This document shows positions 31,368 through 41,205 of a stretch of 64,000 bases of DNA, piece by piece (within the stretch, counting starts at the first letter, position 1; every line of letters starts with the position of its first letter). Source of the DNA: Chloroflexota bacterium (GTDB taxonomy: Bacteria; Chloroflexota; UBA11872; VXOZ01); assembly GCA_964291655.2 (NCBI GenBank), contig OZ219802.1, forward strand, positions 864,001 through 928,000. Direction: 5' to 3'. Both the position numbers and the translations under genes were made by a program. The notes under the pieces are model-generated. The model was not told the origin of the DNA. It did no database searches and saw nothing but the letters and a program-made list of their open reading frames with translations.

Positions 31368-32045
31368 CTACGACTCCTCGGTAGCGCGAAACATTGACTC
31401 TGTGACCTCCAACGCCTTGTGCACGTTTGAAGCTAATTCGGCGAGTGATCCCGTATTCTCAATGCTCATGGCCGGGCATGACGCGCCGCGCTTCCGTCTC
31501 AGGTGAGCGATCTTTTCCTCAGACGTAGACTGAACGTCTAAACGACGTTGCGCTTCGCCGCGAGGCATCCCTTTGGCCCGGAGACGCGCTCGTTGCAATT
31601 CAGGCGTGGCCTCGACAATCCACACTGCGTCCAACATCTTAACCAAATCGCTTTCTATCAGCTTGATGGCCTCAATGGCGCAAGCCGTTTGTGGCGACTT
31701 CCCATCCAATTCCTTTTGCACTTCGGCCACGACCGCCGGGTGAACGAGCGACTCAAGCGTACCTCGCGCCGCAGCGTCCTCGAATACTACTCTCGCCAGG
31801 GCCGTGCGATCAAGCGTACCATCTTGCGCAAGGACGCTCCCACCAAACTCATCGGCGACGGCCTCCACAAGGGCACTGTGCGGGTCGGCGTAAAGCGCAT
31901 GCACGATGTGGTCGGCGTCGATCACGTGCACACCCCGCTCGGCAAGGATCTTCGTGACTGTGCTTTTGCCGGTACCGATGTTGCCCGTAATGCCGATCAC
32001 TGGCGAGTGCCGTTGCCTGTCCGTGTCCTGCAGGCCATCCGACAT
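31368..32045 (-). CDS. coaE: Dephospho-CoA kinase
   Basis: GITGNIGTGKST, IDAD, LDR..LA..VF, LE..VHP. Confidence 0.95.
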   Translation of the reverse strand: MSDGLQDTDRQRHSPVIGITGNIGTGKSTVTKILAERGVHVIDADHIVHALYADPHSALVEAVADEFGGSVLAQDGTLDRTALARVVFEDAAARGTLESLVHPAVVAEVQKELDGKSPQTACAIEAIKLIESDLVKMLDAVWIVEATPELQRARLRAKGMPRGEAQRRLDVQSTSEEKIAHLRRKRGASCPAMSIENTGSLAELASNVHKALEVTESMFRATEES

Positions 32046-32144
32046 GGAGACGTCCTCCTCAAGCGCACATACTACCCACTAAACCGTTCGCCGCGCTACT
32101 TCTCGTCCGGCCTCCTCACTGGCTGGTCTTGACGATCCAGCAGA

Positions 32145-32522
32145 CTGGCATTCCCTGTCATGCGAGAAGGCATCCACTCCGCACCAGTGCACAACATCAC
32201 GAGCGGGGGACAAGCCCCCGCGCTACACATTAGCGGTTACTTGGTACTCCCTGACTCACGAGAACTCATCCACTCCGCACCAGCGCACAACATCACGAGC
32301 GGGGGACAAGCCCCCGCGCTACACATTAGCGGTCACTTGGCATTCCCTGACTCACGAGAACTCATCCACTCCGCACCAGAGCACAACATCACGAGCGGGG
32401 GACAAGCCCCCGCGCTACACATTAGCGGTCACTTGGTACTCCCTGGACCCACGAGAACTCATCCACTCCGCACCAGAGCACAATGTCACGAGCGGGGGAC
32501 AAGCCCCCGCGCTACACACTAG
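32145..32522. repeat. Tandem array of four 96-97 bp units, each with a GTAG REP (BIME-like)
   Basis: catccactcc recurs at 32171, 32267, 32363 and 32460; each unit has gcgggggacaagcccccgcgctac. Confidence 0.95.
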
Positions 32523-32539
32523 CAGACAAACCGAGGAAT

Positions 32540-32736
32540 CTAGAAGCTATCTCATGAATCGACTCGATTAGCCGAATTGTGCTTCGACAAGGGCTTCGCG
32601 CAGCAGGCTTCGCGTAGCCCTCAGCACGAACGGGATATACCTTTTACGTTCGCCCCCGTATCGAGTACGGGGCAGGCTCTGAGCCTGTCGAAGGGCAATT
32701 CTACACGGAGCGATGTATCTATGGGATGAGTTCTAG
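32540..32736. mobile_element. MITE (family B), CTAG-flanked, with two nested mini-insertions
   Basis: Reverse complement aligns with 30315-30456 apart from 24-bp and 28-bp inserts and substitutions; the right CTAG contains the rlmD stop. Confidence 0.75.
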
Positions 32737-34067
32737 CAACGCCGAAAGAGTGCCAGGCTTTCAATATGGTACGTTTGCGGAAAGAAATCAAAGAGTTCCA
32801 GTCGTTCGACGCGGTATCCCTCTTCATGCAAGAGCGCTGTGTCACGCGCGAGCGTAGACGGCTCGCACGACAAGTAGACTATCCTGCTCGGGGCGCTGCC
32901 GGCCACAGCATGGAGCACACGGGGGTCCATGCCGGTGCGCGGCGGATCAACAATGGCAACATCTACGTCCGGCAGATCGTCCGTTACCTTTTCGGCGGGC
33001 AAGCCCCTAAAGTCGATGTTCTGCAGCCCCCAATGCCGCGCAGTTTGCCGAGCCGCTTCAATGGCTTGCTTGTCCACTTCGATGCCAATTACGTGCCGGG
33101 CGTCTGCCGCCATGAAAAGACCGAATATCCCGACCCCGCAGTAAAGATCGAGCACGGTCTCACTTTGTTGGACTGCCGCCAAAGTCCGCATGCGGGAGAT
33201 GGCAAGAGGCAACATCTCTACACTCGCTTGAAAGAATGCGCCGGGCGGAAATTGAATCGTCTTTCCCATGATCTCAATACCCACCATGGCCGGTCCGGCA
33301 AATGGCTCTACTGTGCCGCTCGGAGTCCGGTAGGAGACGCTCATAGCCTCCGGGATTGTGGTGAGGGCGTCCAGCACAGCGCCGAGTTCCGGTTCCGCAT
33401 CCAGGTCAACATTGCGCACGCCTTCCAGGATCAGCGCTAACTTTGCGGCGCCACCTTGAGGAATGACGCGCGTCTCCACCCAATTCTTTCCCCATAGATC
33501 GGGAATCCTGCCGTCACGGATCATCTCGTTGAGCGTTGCCAGCAACTTGGAGATGAGCGGATGGCTGATTGCACAATGTTCGACCTCGACGACGCGCCGG
33601 CTGCCGCGCTGCCGAAACCCCGCTTCTCGCGAAAGGGCAATTTCGCAGCCGTAACGATACTCCCACGGATTCTGAGGCCTGTGCACAGCGTCTATGGCTA
33701 CCGGCTGCTTGCCAATCCGGGCGAAGTGCTCTTCCACCACCTTTTGCTTTAGTCCCACCTGCGCCGCGTAGTCGATGTGTTGCCACTGGCAGCCGCCACA
33801 GGAACCATAGTATGTGCAGATCGGTTCGACTCTATCCGGTGAAGGGTCAAGCACGTCTACCACGTGCGCCTGCAGATACTTCTTGCGCTTCCGTTCCAGT
33901 TGTACTTTCACACGCTCCCCGGGTATACCATAGAACGCAAAGACCACTTTGCCGTCGATGCGGCCCACCGCCGGGCCACGATGTGCCATACCGGTGAGCG
34001 TCACTTCCACCGGTTCGCGTTCCCGGATCTTACGACCGCGACTCATTGATTCCCATCTCTTTTGCAC
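32733..34067 (-). CDS. rlmD: 23S rRNA m5U1939 methyltransferase (TRAM + 4Fe-4S)
   Basis: C..YGSCGGCQWQH, AFFQ, LDLYCGVG, VDPPRTG, YLSCEP.TLARD, FPQTYHIE; start may be 34046. Confidence 0.92.
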   Translation of the reverse strand: MQKRWESMSRGRKIREREPVEVTLTGMAHRGPAVGRIDGKVVFAFYGIPGERVKVQLERKRKKYLQAHVVDVLDPSPDRVEPICTYYGSCGGCQWQHIDYAAQVGLKQKVVEEHFARIGKQPVAIDAVHRPQNPWEYRYGCEIALSREAGFRQRGSRRVVEVEHCAISHPLISKLLATLNEMIRDGRIPDLWGKNWVETRVIPQGGAAKLALILEGVRNVDLDAEPELGAVLDALTTIPEAMSVSYRTPSGTVEPFAGPAMVGIEIMGKTIQFPPGAFFQASVEMLPLAISRMRTLAAVQQSETVLDLYCGVGIFGLFMAADARHVIGIEVDKQAIEAARQTARHWGLQNIDFRGLPAEKVTDDLPDVDVAIVDPPRTGMDPRVLHAVAGSAPSRIVYLSCEPSTLARDTALLHEEGYRVERLELFDFFPQTYHIESLALFRRC

Positions 34068-34437
34068 CCTCCCTAACGGCTACATGCGATCCGTGGGTTG
34101 ACGTATAATAGTCGGTCTAGTAGCGAGCGCCGCCATTCACCCGGTTTCACTACGAAGTCGCTACGTACCAGGCCCATCATCGGAACTTCCCTACAGAACT
34201 AAAACAATTAAACCAGAATTGCCGCAATGAGTATGTTGAGGCGTCAGCCGTCAGCAACGCCACATCTGAGGCATAGCGGGACTCCTTGGCGCAATGGGAG
34301 GAATCGTGACCGCGCCCTCAATGCCATCACATCGACCTTCCTCAGGCATCGCCCCTCCCCCAGGTCTCTCACGCCGTGTGGCGCGGCATGGAGAGCGCTA
34401 TACTGTACCCCAAAACCTTTAGGCTCGGAGGTGCGGG

Positions 34438-34803
34438 ATGGCATGGAAGCAGAGCGAAACGGCGGACGTGATAGACACGCCCGCTATCCACGAAGGGGAC
34501 GGTGTGATCACGCGCCGGAGATTCTTCCGGGACACCACGCGGCTGCCCGTCCGCGTCGAGATATGGGAACTGCCGCCGGGCGCGAGTGAGGGATCCCATA
34601 GCCACGACGGCGACGACGCGCTGGAGGAGTTTTACTACTTCATCGAGGGTCAGGGCATCATGTGGATGAATGGACAAGAACTGACGGTCCGAACGGGAGA
34701 CGCCGTCATGGCTCCTCCCGGGGTTGACCACGGCTTCCGCAACACCGGCGACGTAACGCTGAAGCTGCTCCTGATCTGGGGCGCACCGGCGGGAGAGTTG
34801 TAA
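34438..34803 (+). CDS. Cupin domain protein
   Basis: HSH...EEFYYFIEG and PPGVDHGFRNTG; GGAGG RBS. Confidence 0.9.
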   Translation: MAWKQSETADVIDTPAIHEGDGVITRRRFFRDTTRLPVRVEIWELPPGASEGSHSHDGDDALEEFYYFIEGQGIMWMNGQELTVRTGDAVMAPPGVDHGFRNTGDVTLKLLLIWGAPAGEL

Positions 34804-34874
34804 TACGCTGTAGCGCACCTTCGCGGTAAGCGTAACTTCCACCGGCTCCTGTTCTTGTACCATGAGTCCACGTC

Positions 34875-36101
34875 TCAAAGTGCTTCAGCCTCAATCCGCA
34901 GCAGCGCTTCAACCGTCCAACCAAGCAACCAGGCCAAGTTCTCAGGCGGGTGGGGCGTCGTTCTGCCGGTTATTTTGCGATATCCGCCTTGGTCGATGAA
35001 CTCTTCCGTCGCGTTCGCGAGCAACCACTCCTTGGCAACAGCTAACCTTGGGGCCAGACGCTCTTCTAAGTCTACGTCCACCCAGCCAACCGCGCGAATG
35101 TGATCGTAGGCCATTATTGCCGCCGCAGTCATGCCCAACCAATGGTCGTCCTGCATATGCATGCCGACGGCGCCATCGGGAAACTGACAGGAGAATTGCC
35201 ACTCCACCGAGCGGGTGCAGCGGTCGCGCATCACGGCCTCGCGCGGATGGTCTACCGGCAGACACATGTGCAATCGCGAGAGGAACTCCACGGCGCCCCG
35301 CGCCGAGAAACCCCAGCCGGTCTCATCCATGCGCACGCTGGGAAAGTGCTCAGCGGCAATCTCCGTCGGCCACGGCCCTATGCACCAGGTACCCAACGAG
35401 TCGAGAAATGCACCGTCCGGTGACCCCGGCAGATGAGATCGCAAGTAGTAGTCCGCCAAGCGCACCGCCGCAGCCAGCACGTCATCCCGCTTAGTCTGCT
35501 CGTAGTAGTGCACCAGCCCCATGCCGACCCACCGCAGGTCGTCAGTAAAAGCGCCGTCGGTGATGGCGGGGTCCTGGCAATTAGATGGCGGGTATCCGAT
35601 GTTGTACGCGTGGCCCCGGTCAGTCCGGTGCTGCTGCAAGTAGTCGAAGAGCGAGTCGGCGCGGGCGTCAAAACAGACCTCATCGGGATTGTGCAGACGA
35701 AACTCACCGTAGCACCACAGACCGACACCCTGCATCCAAGAGCGGCTGAAGAGGTTATTCACAGTGCGCGGATCGCCGACGCTCGTGGGATCCCGCTCCA
35801 TCCTCTGACTCAACCGCAGATTGCGCTGCCGGTCGGCCACCGGGGGTACCGGATCGCGCATGAAACTGAAAGAAAAGACCGCGTAGCGGTCCGCCGCTTC
35901 TTTGTAGCGGGCTTCGTTGGTGCGCTCATAGAGACGATAGAGCGCTTGTGCCAAGTACGGCGGCGAGTGGGCATGCGTGGGACCGAAGCTGCCACCGGTC
36001 GTGACGAACGGGCACTTTTCCGGGTCAGGCCGCCCAATGGCGCCTTGCCACGCAACGAAGCGGTCGCCGATCGAGCGCGCGACTGTGAGAGGATCACGCA
36101 T
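34875..36101 (-). CDS. Hypothetical protein, probable alpha/alpha toroid (six-hairpin glycosidase-like)
   Basis: 408 aa with repeated helical LYRLYE.T.E.RY / HYYE.T..D.L patterns and FTDDLRW. Confidence 0.6.
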   Translation of the reverse strand: MRDPLTVARSIGDRFVAWQGAIGRPDPEKCPFVTTGGSFGPTHAHSPPYLAQALYRLYERTNEARYKEAADRYAVFSFSFMRDPVPPVADRQRNLRLSQRMERDPTSVGDPRTVNNLFSRSWMQGVGLWCYGEFRLHNPDEVCFDARADSLFDYLQQHRTDRGHAYNIGYPPSNCQDPAITDGAFTDDLRWVGMGLVHYYEQTKRDDVLAAAVRLADYYLRSHLPGSPDGAFLDSLGTWCIGPWPTEIAAEHFPSVRMDETGWGFSARGAVEFLSRLHMCLPVDHPREAVMRDRCTRSVEWQFSCQFPDGAVGMHMQDDHWLGMTAAAIMAYDHIRAVGWVDVDLEERLAPRLAVAKEWLLANATEEFIDQGGYRKITGRTTPHPPENLAWLLGWTVEALLRIEAEAL

Positions 36102-36171
36102 TATCGCCTCACCATTCTCCTATGCATCTTGCCCCAGAGTGTATCCATGGCTCTGCTTCTTGTTCCCTCCG

Positions 36172-36194
36172 GTAGCGCAGGTTTGCAACCTGCG
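36172..36194 (+). repeat. GTAG REP (gtagcRcaggtttgcaacctgYg family)
   Basis: Copies at 43084, about 47524, 56991-57013, 57231-57253 and about 58310-58332. Confidence 0.85.
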
Positions 36195-36509
36195 ACTCTT
36201 CCCCTTGGCCCTGCCACAACCGCACCTGCCGAATGCCACTCACACCTGCAAGCCGTTCCATGCGGTCCGAACCTCGGTGGAAGCTTGAGTCTGCCGCCAC
36301 TCCCACCGCACGACTCGATTGCTCTCATGTCCTCCCATATTGTAACGTAGGCGCGTCAATCAAAGATGGCTACTCGAATCTGATACTGCCCAAACCGGAA
36401 ACATCCGTCATCCGTGTCAACGAGGCATCGCAGCGGATGTATGCCGGATAACTATTGAAAGTCGGTATAATGAAGCTAATCTCAACACAGTCTTCGAGGT
36501 AAAGAACCT

Positions 36510-37697
36510 ATGAAAATTGTTGACGTTCGCAGCTACGTGCTGAAGAGTCCACTTGGCGATCAAGGCTTCTACGCCTCACAAGAGTCCTTTTCCGAACGCA
36601 GTAGTTGCCTCGTGCGCATCGAGACGGACTCTGGTCTTATCGGTTGGGGAGAAGCAGGCCTCTGGGGCGCGCCGGAACCGGTAGCTGCCATGATCGACCA
36701 CGTCCTTACACCCCGCATTATGGGCATGAATCCATTGCACATGGACGTCATCTGGGAAAAACTGTACGCGCACATTCGCGATTGGGGACGACAGGGTACC
36801 GCCGTAGAAGCAATCAGTGGCGTGGACATCGCATGCTGGGATATTGCGGGGCAAGCGCTGGAGCAGCCAATTCATGCCCTGCTTGGCGGCGCGTATCGCG
36901 ACCGGGTGAAGGCATATGCGACCGGTGGCTACTACAAGGGTGGCCCGGAAAATTGGGCCGATACCGGAGCTTTGGCGGCGGAGGTCGAGCGGCACGTCGC
37001 CACGGGCTTTCGCGCACTCAAGATCAAAGTCGGCTTGCTCTCGGTGGCCGAAGACCTTGCCCGCGTAAAGGCTGCACGGCGTGCGCTCGATGCCTGTGCC
37101 CCCACCGGTGAACGCTTTCCCTACATGGTGGACGCCAACCATGCCTATCCGCCGCACATCGCCATCAAGGTCGGCCGTGGTTTAGAGGAAGAAGATACCC
37201 TGTGGTTTGAAGAACCGGTTATTCCCGAAGACCGCAGGGGGTACCGCAAGGTCGCCGAGACCCTCGACCTTGCCATCGCGGGTGGAGAGTGTGAGCACAC
37301 GCGATTCAGCTTCCGCGACCTCATCCTTGATGGCTGTATAGACATCGCGCAACCCGACATCTGCGGGACGGGCGGCATATCGGAAGCCGTCAAGATTGCT
37401 ACCCTCGCCCGCACATTCGGCGTTCAAGTGTTTCCACACGTCTGGGGGTCCGGTATTGCCTTGGCCGCCGCGTTGCATTTCATCGCGTCTCTGCCTCCCA
37501 GCCCCCACTCGGCCAACCCGTTGCCTGCCCTCAATGAACCCATGCTGGAATTCGACCGCAATCCGAATCCCTTGCGCGATACGCTGCTGCGTGAACCGTT
37601 CACCCTTGAGGATGACGGGGCGGTGCTAATTCCACAACGGCCGGGTCTGGGAATCGAGGTTGACGAGGCAGTGGTTACTCAATACGGACCGCAATAA
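36510..37697 (+). CDS. Mandelate racemase / muconate lactonizing enzyme family (likely acid-sugar dehydratase)
   Basis: AISGVDIACWDI, KIK, VDAN, WFEEP, GGE, QPD, PH. Confidence 0.92.
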   Translation: MKIVDVRSYVLKSPLGDQGFYASQESFSERSSCLVRIETDSGLIGWGEAGLWGAPEPVAAMIDHVLTPRIMGMNPLHMDVIWEKLYAHIRDWGRQGTAVEAISGVDIACWDIAGQALEQPIHALLGGAYRDRVKAYATGGYYKGGPENWADTGALAAEVERHVATGFRALKIKVGLLSVAEDLARVKAARRALDACAPTGERFPYMVDANHAYPPHIAIKVGRGLEEEDTLWFEEPVIPEDRRGYRKVAETLDLAIAGGECEHTRFSFRDLILDGCIDIAQPDICGTGGISEAVKIATLARTFGVQVFPHVWGSGIALAAALHFIASLPPSPHSANPLPALNEPMLEFDRNPNPLRDTLLREPFTLEDDGAVLIPQRPGLGIEVDEAVVTQYGPQ

Positions 37698-37997
37698 AAT
37701 ACTCGCGCAGGCTTGTTCAAAACTCGAGCATCTTCAATAGTTGCAGGGGTCTGGCAAAAGCGTTGGCACTTGCGGATGTCTCTTTCCTGCTGAGAACTGA
37801 ATGACACTCAGGATTTGCGGCAAGAGTGCCTCCTTTGTCCGTGGAGACCAATGTGCAATCCGAGCAGCAGGCGATAGGACTCCCTCTCCCTGGGGACACA
37901 TTTGCACAACCCAATCGACGGGCGGGAATTCCCCCTTCTCCCTGAGGAGGCTACTGCACAACCCAGGCGGAACGCGCGGCTCACTCCCTCTCCCTGG

Positions 37998-38530
37998 GGA
38001 GACCTTTGCAAAACCCATGTGGAAGGGAGATTGTCCCCTCTCCCTTGACGGGAGAGGGTTAGGGTGAGGGTGAAACTGCTCTGAGCACGAGCAACTTCTT
38101 GACCGGATTGGCTCTAATATGATTGACTGTGCAAGTTTTACGCTTTGCAAAGCAGATAAGACCCCTCACCCCGGCCCTCTCCCTGTACAGACCGGGGACA
38201 TAGGTAACAGTTGTTCGGGGACATGGGTTACACATTTTACTGATTGACACCTACGAGAGCATTGGGTTGGTCCGGGTTTGATAAGAGACTGGCGACACAG
38301 AGCGCTCACTATTCAGCCTGTCAGCTAGTGCCAGAGAAACAAACAGTGTGCATAAGGATATTGAGTGGATCTAACTTTCAAGGCAAGGACATCGCATACT
38401 ACGAAAATCCCCTCGTTCTATGGTGTTACCTATGAGCCCGAACATGTGTAACCCATGTACCCGGTCTATACACTCCCCAAGGAGAGGGGGTAATTCTTGC
38501 GCCTCCGGCCGGAGTTATGCAAAGGTCTCC
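37998..38530. mobile_element. MITE (family A, GGAGACCTTTGC ends) in a REP loop; contains two REPs and an IS481 MITE
   Basis: TIR ggagacctttgcaaaac / gttatgcaaaggtctcc, TGG duplicated on both sides; homologue at 50294-50529. Confidence 0.8.
38184..38472. mobile_element. Non-autonomous IS481-family MITE (289 bp)
   Basis: TGT..ACA ends closely similar over about 50 bp to both ends of the IS at 45903-47167; CTCCC direct repeat. Confidence 0.88.
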
Positions 38531-38633
38531 TGGGGGAGAGGGCCGGGGTGAGGGGAAACCGTAGGCGCTCCGGGCCAATTTCTCCCGCACTCCAGAGTTT
38601 TCCAATGCCTTCCTGACCGAGAGCCGTGCTTCC

Positions 38634-39767
38634 TCAGTCAAAGCGATTGAGGCCAAACATCCCAATATCGTGCCGCGACTCGCCGTCAAGCGCCATCTCA
38701 GCGACTATCTCCCCCACCACGCTGCAGAACTTGAAGCCGTGGCCGGAGAAACCCGCCGCAATCACAACGTTGGCATGTTCCGGATGATGGTCCATGATAA
38801 AATGTCCATCCGGCGTATTGGTGAACATGCACGTCTTCAATGCCAGCGTCGCTCCCATGCCGCCGGTAAGGTAATTCTGTGTACAAGCACGCAGTGCTTC
38901 CTCATCTTCAGGGTGGCATTCGCGGTCTACGTCGTCCGGTGCGGTCTGCTGCAAAAGGTGGTGGTACTTCCCAATCTTGAATCCTGGAATTCCGTGAATT
39001 GGGAAGCCGTAGTAATGTCCTTCCGGGACAAGACAGTTGAAAACCGGGAAGCGTTCCCGGTTGAATAGCTCCGGTTGCGCCGGTTGGAACCACCCCATGA
39101 CCTGGCGTTCAGGCACGGCGTTCTGGCGCAGCCGCGCAAGCAGGGACTGGCTCCAGGCGCCGGCAGTAAAGATTAGTCGCTTGGCAGTGTAGGTGGTGCG
39201 AGTGGTGCGGACCGTCACGCTTCCTTGATCTGCCTTCCAATCGACTACGGCTTCACGCGCCCGCACTTCCCCGCCCAACGCTTGTGCCTGCAGCACGTGA
39301 TGAACGATGCAGCGCTCCGGTAGCAGAAACCCGCCATCCGGCTGCCACACGGCCATCATCTCCGGCGGAAGGTTGAAGCCCGGGAAGCGTCGCGTCAATT
39401 CCGCACTTGTCAGCACCTCGTGTGCCAGTTCGTGTTCCTCGCAGGATTTCATCGAACCCTCGACAACGAACGAGTCAGGCGCACCGGCATCGATAGAGCC
39501 CGTGATATACAATAGCTGCTCGTCGCCGGCCTGCTCGAGTTCGCGCCAGAGCGCATACGCCCGCGCCAGCAGCGGCACGTATGAAGGGTGCTCGAAATAC
39601 GTGAGCCGGATGACGCGCGTAACGCCGTGCGACGACCCCATATCGTGGGGAATATCGAATTGCTCCAGTCCGAGGACTCGCTCGCCGCGCCGCGCTAAGT
39701 GGTAGACGGCAGCACTCCCCATGCCCCCTACGCCTACGACAATTGTGTCAAAGTGCTCTGCCTTCAT
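38634..39767 (-). CDS. solA: Monomeric sarcosine oxidase / N-methyl-L-tryptophan oxidase
   Basis: GVGGMG, GSSHG.TR.IR, TCMFTNTPD (FAD-linking Cys), GFSGHGFKF. Confidence 0.9.
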   Translation of the reverse strand: MKAEHFDTIVVGVGGMGSAAVYHLARRGERVLGLEQFDIPHDMGSSHGVTRVIRLTYFEHPSYVPLLARAYALWRELEQAGDEQLLYITGSIDAGAPDSFVVEGSMKSCEEHELAHEVLTSAELTRRFPGFNLPPEMMAVWQPDGGFLLPERCIVHHVLQAQALGGEVRAREAVVDWKADQGSVTVRTTRTTYTAKRLIFTAGAWSQSLLARLRQNAVPERQVMGWFQPAQPELFNRERFPVFNCLVPEGHYYGFPIHGIPGFKIGKYHHLLQQTAPDDVDRECHPEDEEALRACTQNYLTGGMGATLALKTCMFTNTPDGHFIMDHHPEHANVVIAAGFSGHGFKFCSVVGEIVAEMALDGESRHDIGMFGLNRFD

Positions 39768-39946
39768 TCTCTCTCATCCTTGCCCAATTTCGTCGATACA
39801 AGAGCAATCACCGTTCGTAGCGCTTCTCTCTCAGTGTACTCATGGAGCCGTACACGAGGTTACGTCTCGCACACTCCCTCGACACGACCAGCTCACCGGC
39901 ATCGTGCATGGGTGCAATTCCGGCGCTGGCAGCAGCAGTCTTTTCT

Positions 39947-40837
39947 CTAGAGTATTGGCTCAGGTCGAATTGAATCCAGCGGTATCTCCATCAAGTCCTC
40001 ACCGAGAATTGTCGTGCCGCCAAAGACCTCTGCCGCCTCGGCTAGCATGCGTTCCCTGATACCGGGCCGCGTAATCTGTTCGGTCAGGTGAATCAACACC
40101 AGCTTCTCAACACCTGCTTGAGCTGCCGTGCGCGCGGCGTCAAGATGTCCTGAGCACGACGAAGTTATGCGGGGATCCGTTTCAACGCCATTCAGAAAGT
40201 GGCACATGTGCAGGAGCACGTTGGCGCCGCGTGCCAGATCCACGAGTCGCGCGTTGGGGGCAGTGTCACCCGATACCACGATGCTTCCTTCAGGGCTATT
40301 GAATCGATACGCCACCGAATTGAGGTACGGCTGGCAATGGACCATGTCTGCAACCTGCACCTGCCAGTCGTTTCCATCGATTTGCGCCCCGGCATCCACC
40401 TCCCGCACCTGCGGCGCGGGGCGCTGGCGTGGGAGTTCGCCGCCCCGGTGTTCGTAGATCAAGTGACTGCCCGGATGGAGCGTGCGGCCTGCGAGATCCG
40501 CCTGAAAAGCGCCCTCTTCGCTAAAGAGCAGGTGTGTCATGTGCCGGAGACCTTCGGGACCAAAGACCTTCAGATCGGGTATTTGCCCAGCGCCTTGATC
40601 CCAGCGTGTGAGAACCAGGTAGCCGTAATCCATGCAGTGGTCATAGTGCAGATGGGTTAAGAAGACATGGGTAATTTTCGCAGGCGCTGCTCCCGTCGCT
40701 AGGAGACGCTGTACGGCCGCGGGCCCACAGTCGAATAGAAGCGAATCGCCTTCTCGTTCCACCAGGAAGCTGCAACCTGCGCGTTCCAGGGAAGGGGTTG
40801 GCGTACCGGTGCCAAGCAGGGTAAGTCGAAGCGACAT
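39947..40837 (-). CDS. MBL-fold metallohydrolase (RNase Z / arylsulfatase-like)
   Basis: LLGTGTP, FDCG, THLHYDH, SGDT, H...A..A..AGV.KLVLIH. Confidence 0.88.
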   Translation of the reverse strand: MSLRLTLLGTGTPTPSLERAGCSFLVEREGDSLLFDCGPAAVQRLLATGAAPAKITHVFLTHLHYDHCMDYGYLVLTRWDQGAGQIPDLKVFGPEGLRHMTHLLFSEEGAFQADLAGRTLHPGSHLIYEHRGGELPRQRPAPQVREVDAGAQIDGNDWQVQVADMVHCQPYLNSVAYRFNSPEGSIVVSGDTAPNARLVDLARGANVLLHMCHFLNGVETDPRITSSCSGHLDAARTAAQAGVEKLVLIHLTEQITRPGIRERMLAEAAEVFGGTTILGEDLMEIPLDSIRPEPIL

Positions 40838-41107
40838 GTCGGCTCTGCCTCTCTGCGCCGGAAACGGTGTTCGGATTGACACTCCGCTCATTGGCGCTGG
40901 CTACGTGCGTCCTGCTGAATGATACCCCGATTCGGCCCGGTGCTGCCCAAAGGCATGCGTCATCCCAAGAATCCACAATACAACTGCCTGCGCCAGCGCG
41001 GCATTAAATTACACGAATTAAACGTTCAGCTACAAATGACGGTAATGGAAATGCAGCGAGAAGCTTCGCAACTACGCGAAGATAGTCTGAAAATACATGC
41101 ACCGACT

Positions 41108-41137
41108 TGACTTCAAGAACAGCAGCAGGCTATACTT
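41108..41137 (+). promoter_or_regulatory. Sigma70-type promoter of groEL
   Basis: TTGACT-N18-TATACT about 70 bp upstream of the start codon. Confidence 0.6.
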
Positions 41138-41205
41138 AATCGAACACCGTAGCAAAGTGCGCGGTGTATTTGGTGTAAATCACGCAGAAGGAGAATTCTA
41201 CGCCA

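Noticed and set aside
32145-32522. Possible CRISPR array and the 120-aa repeat ORF
   Set aside because: The intervening segments are near-identical rather than unique spacers, there are no cas genes and the palindrome is a dispersed REP; the ORF is a by-product of the 96-bp period.
37717-38689. Small ORFs with PHPNPLP / PSPRPSP peptides (also 47.1-47.7 kb, 50.2-50.6 kb and 58.1-58.5 kb)
   Set aside because: Translations of REP and MITE sequence, not genes.
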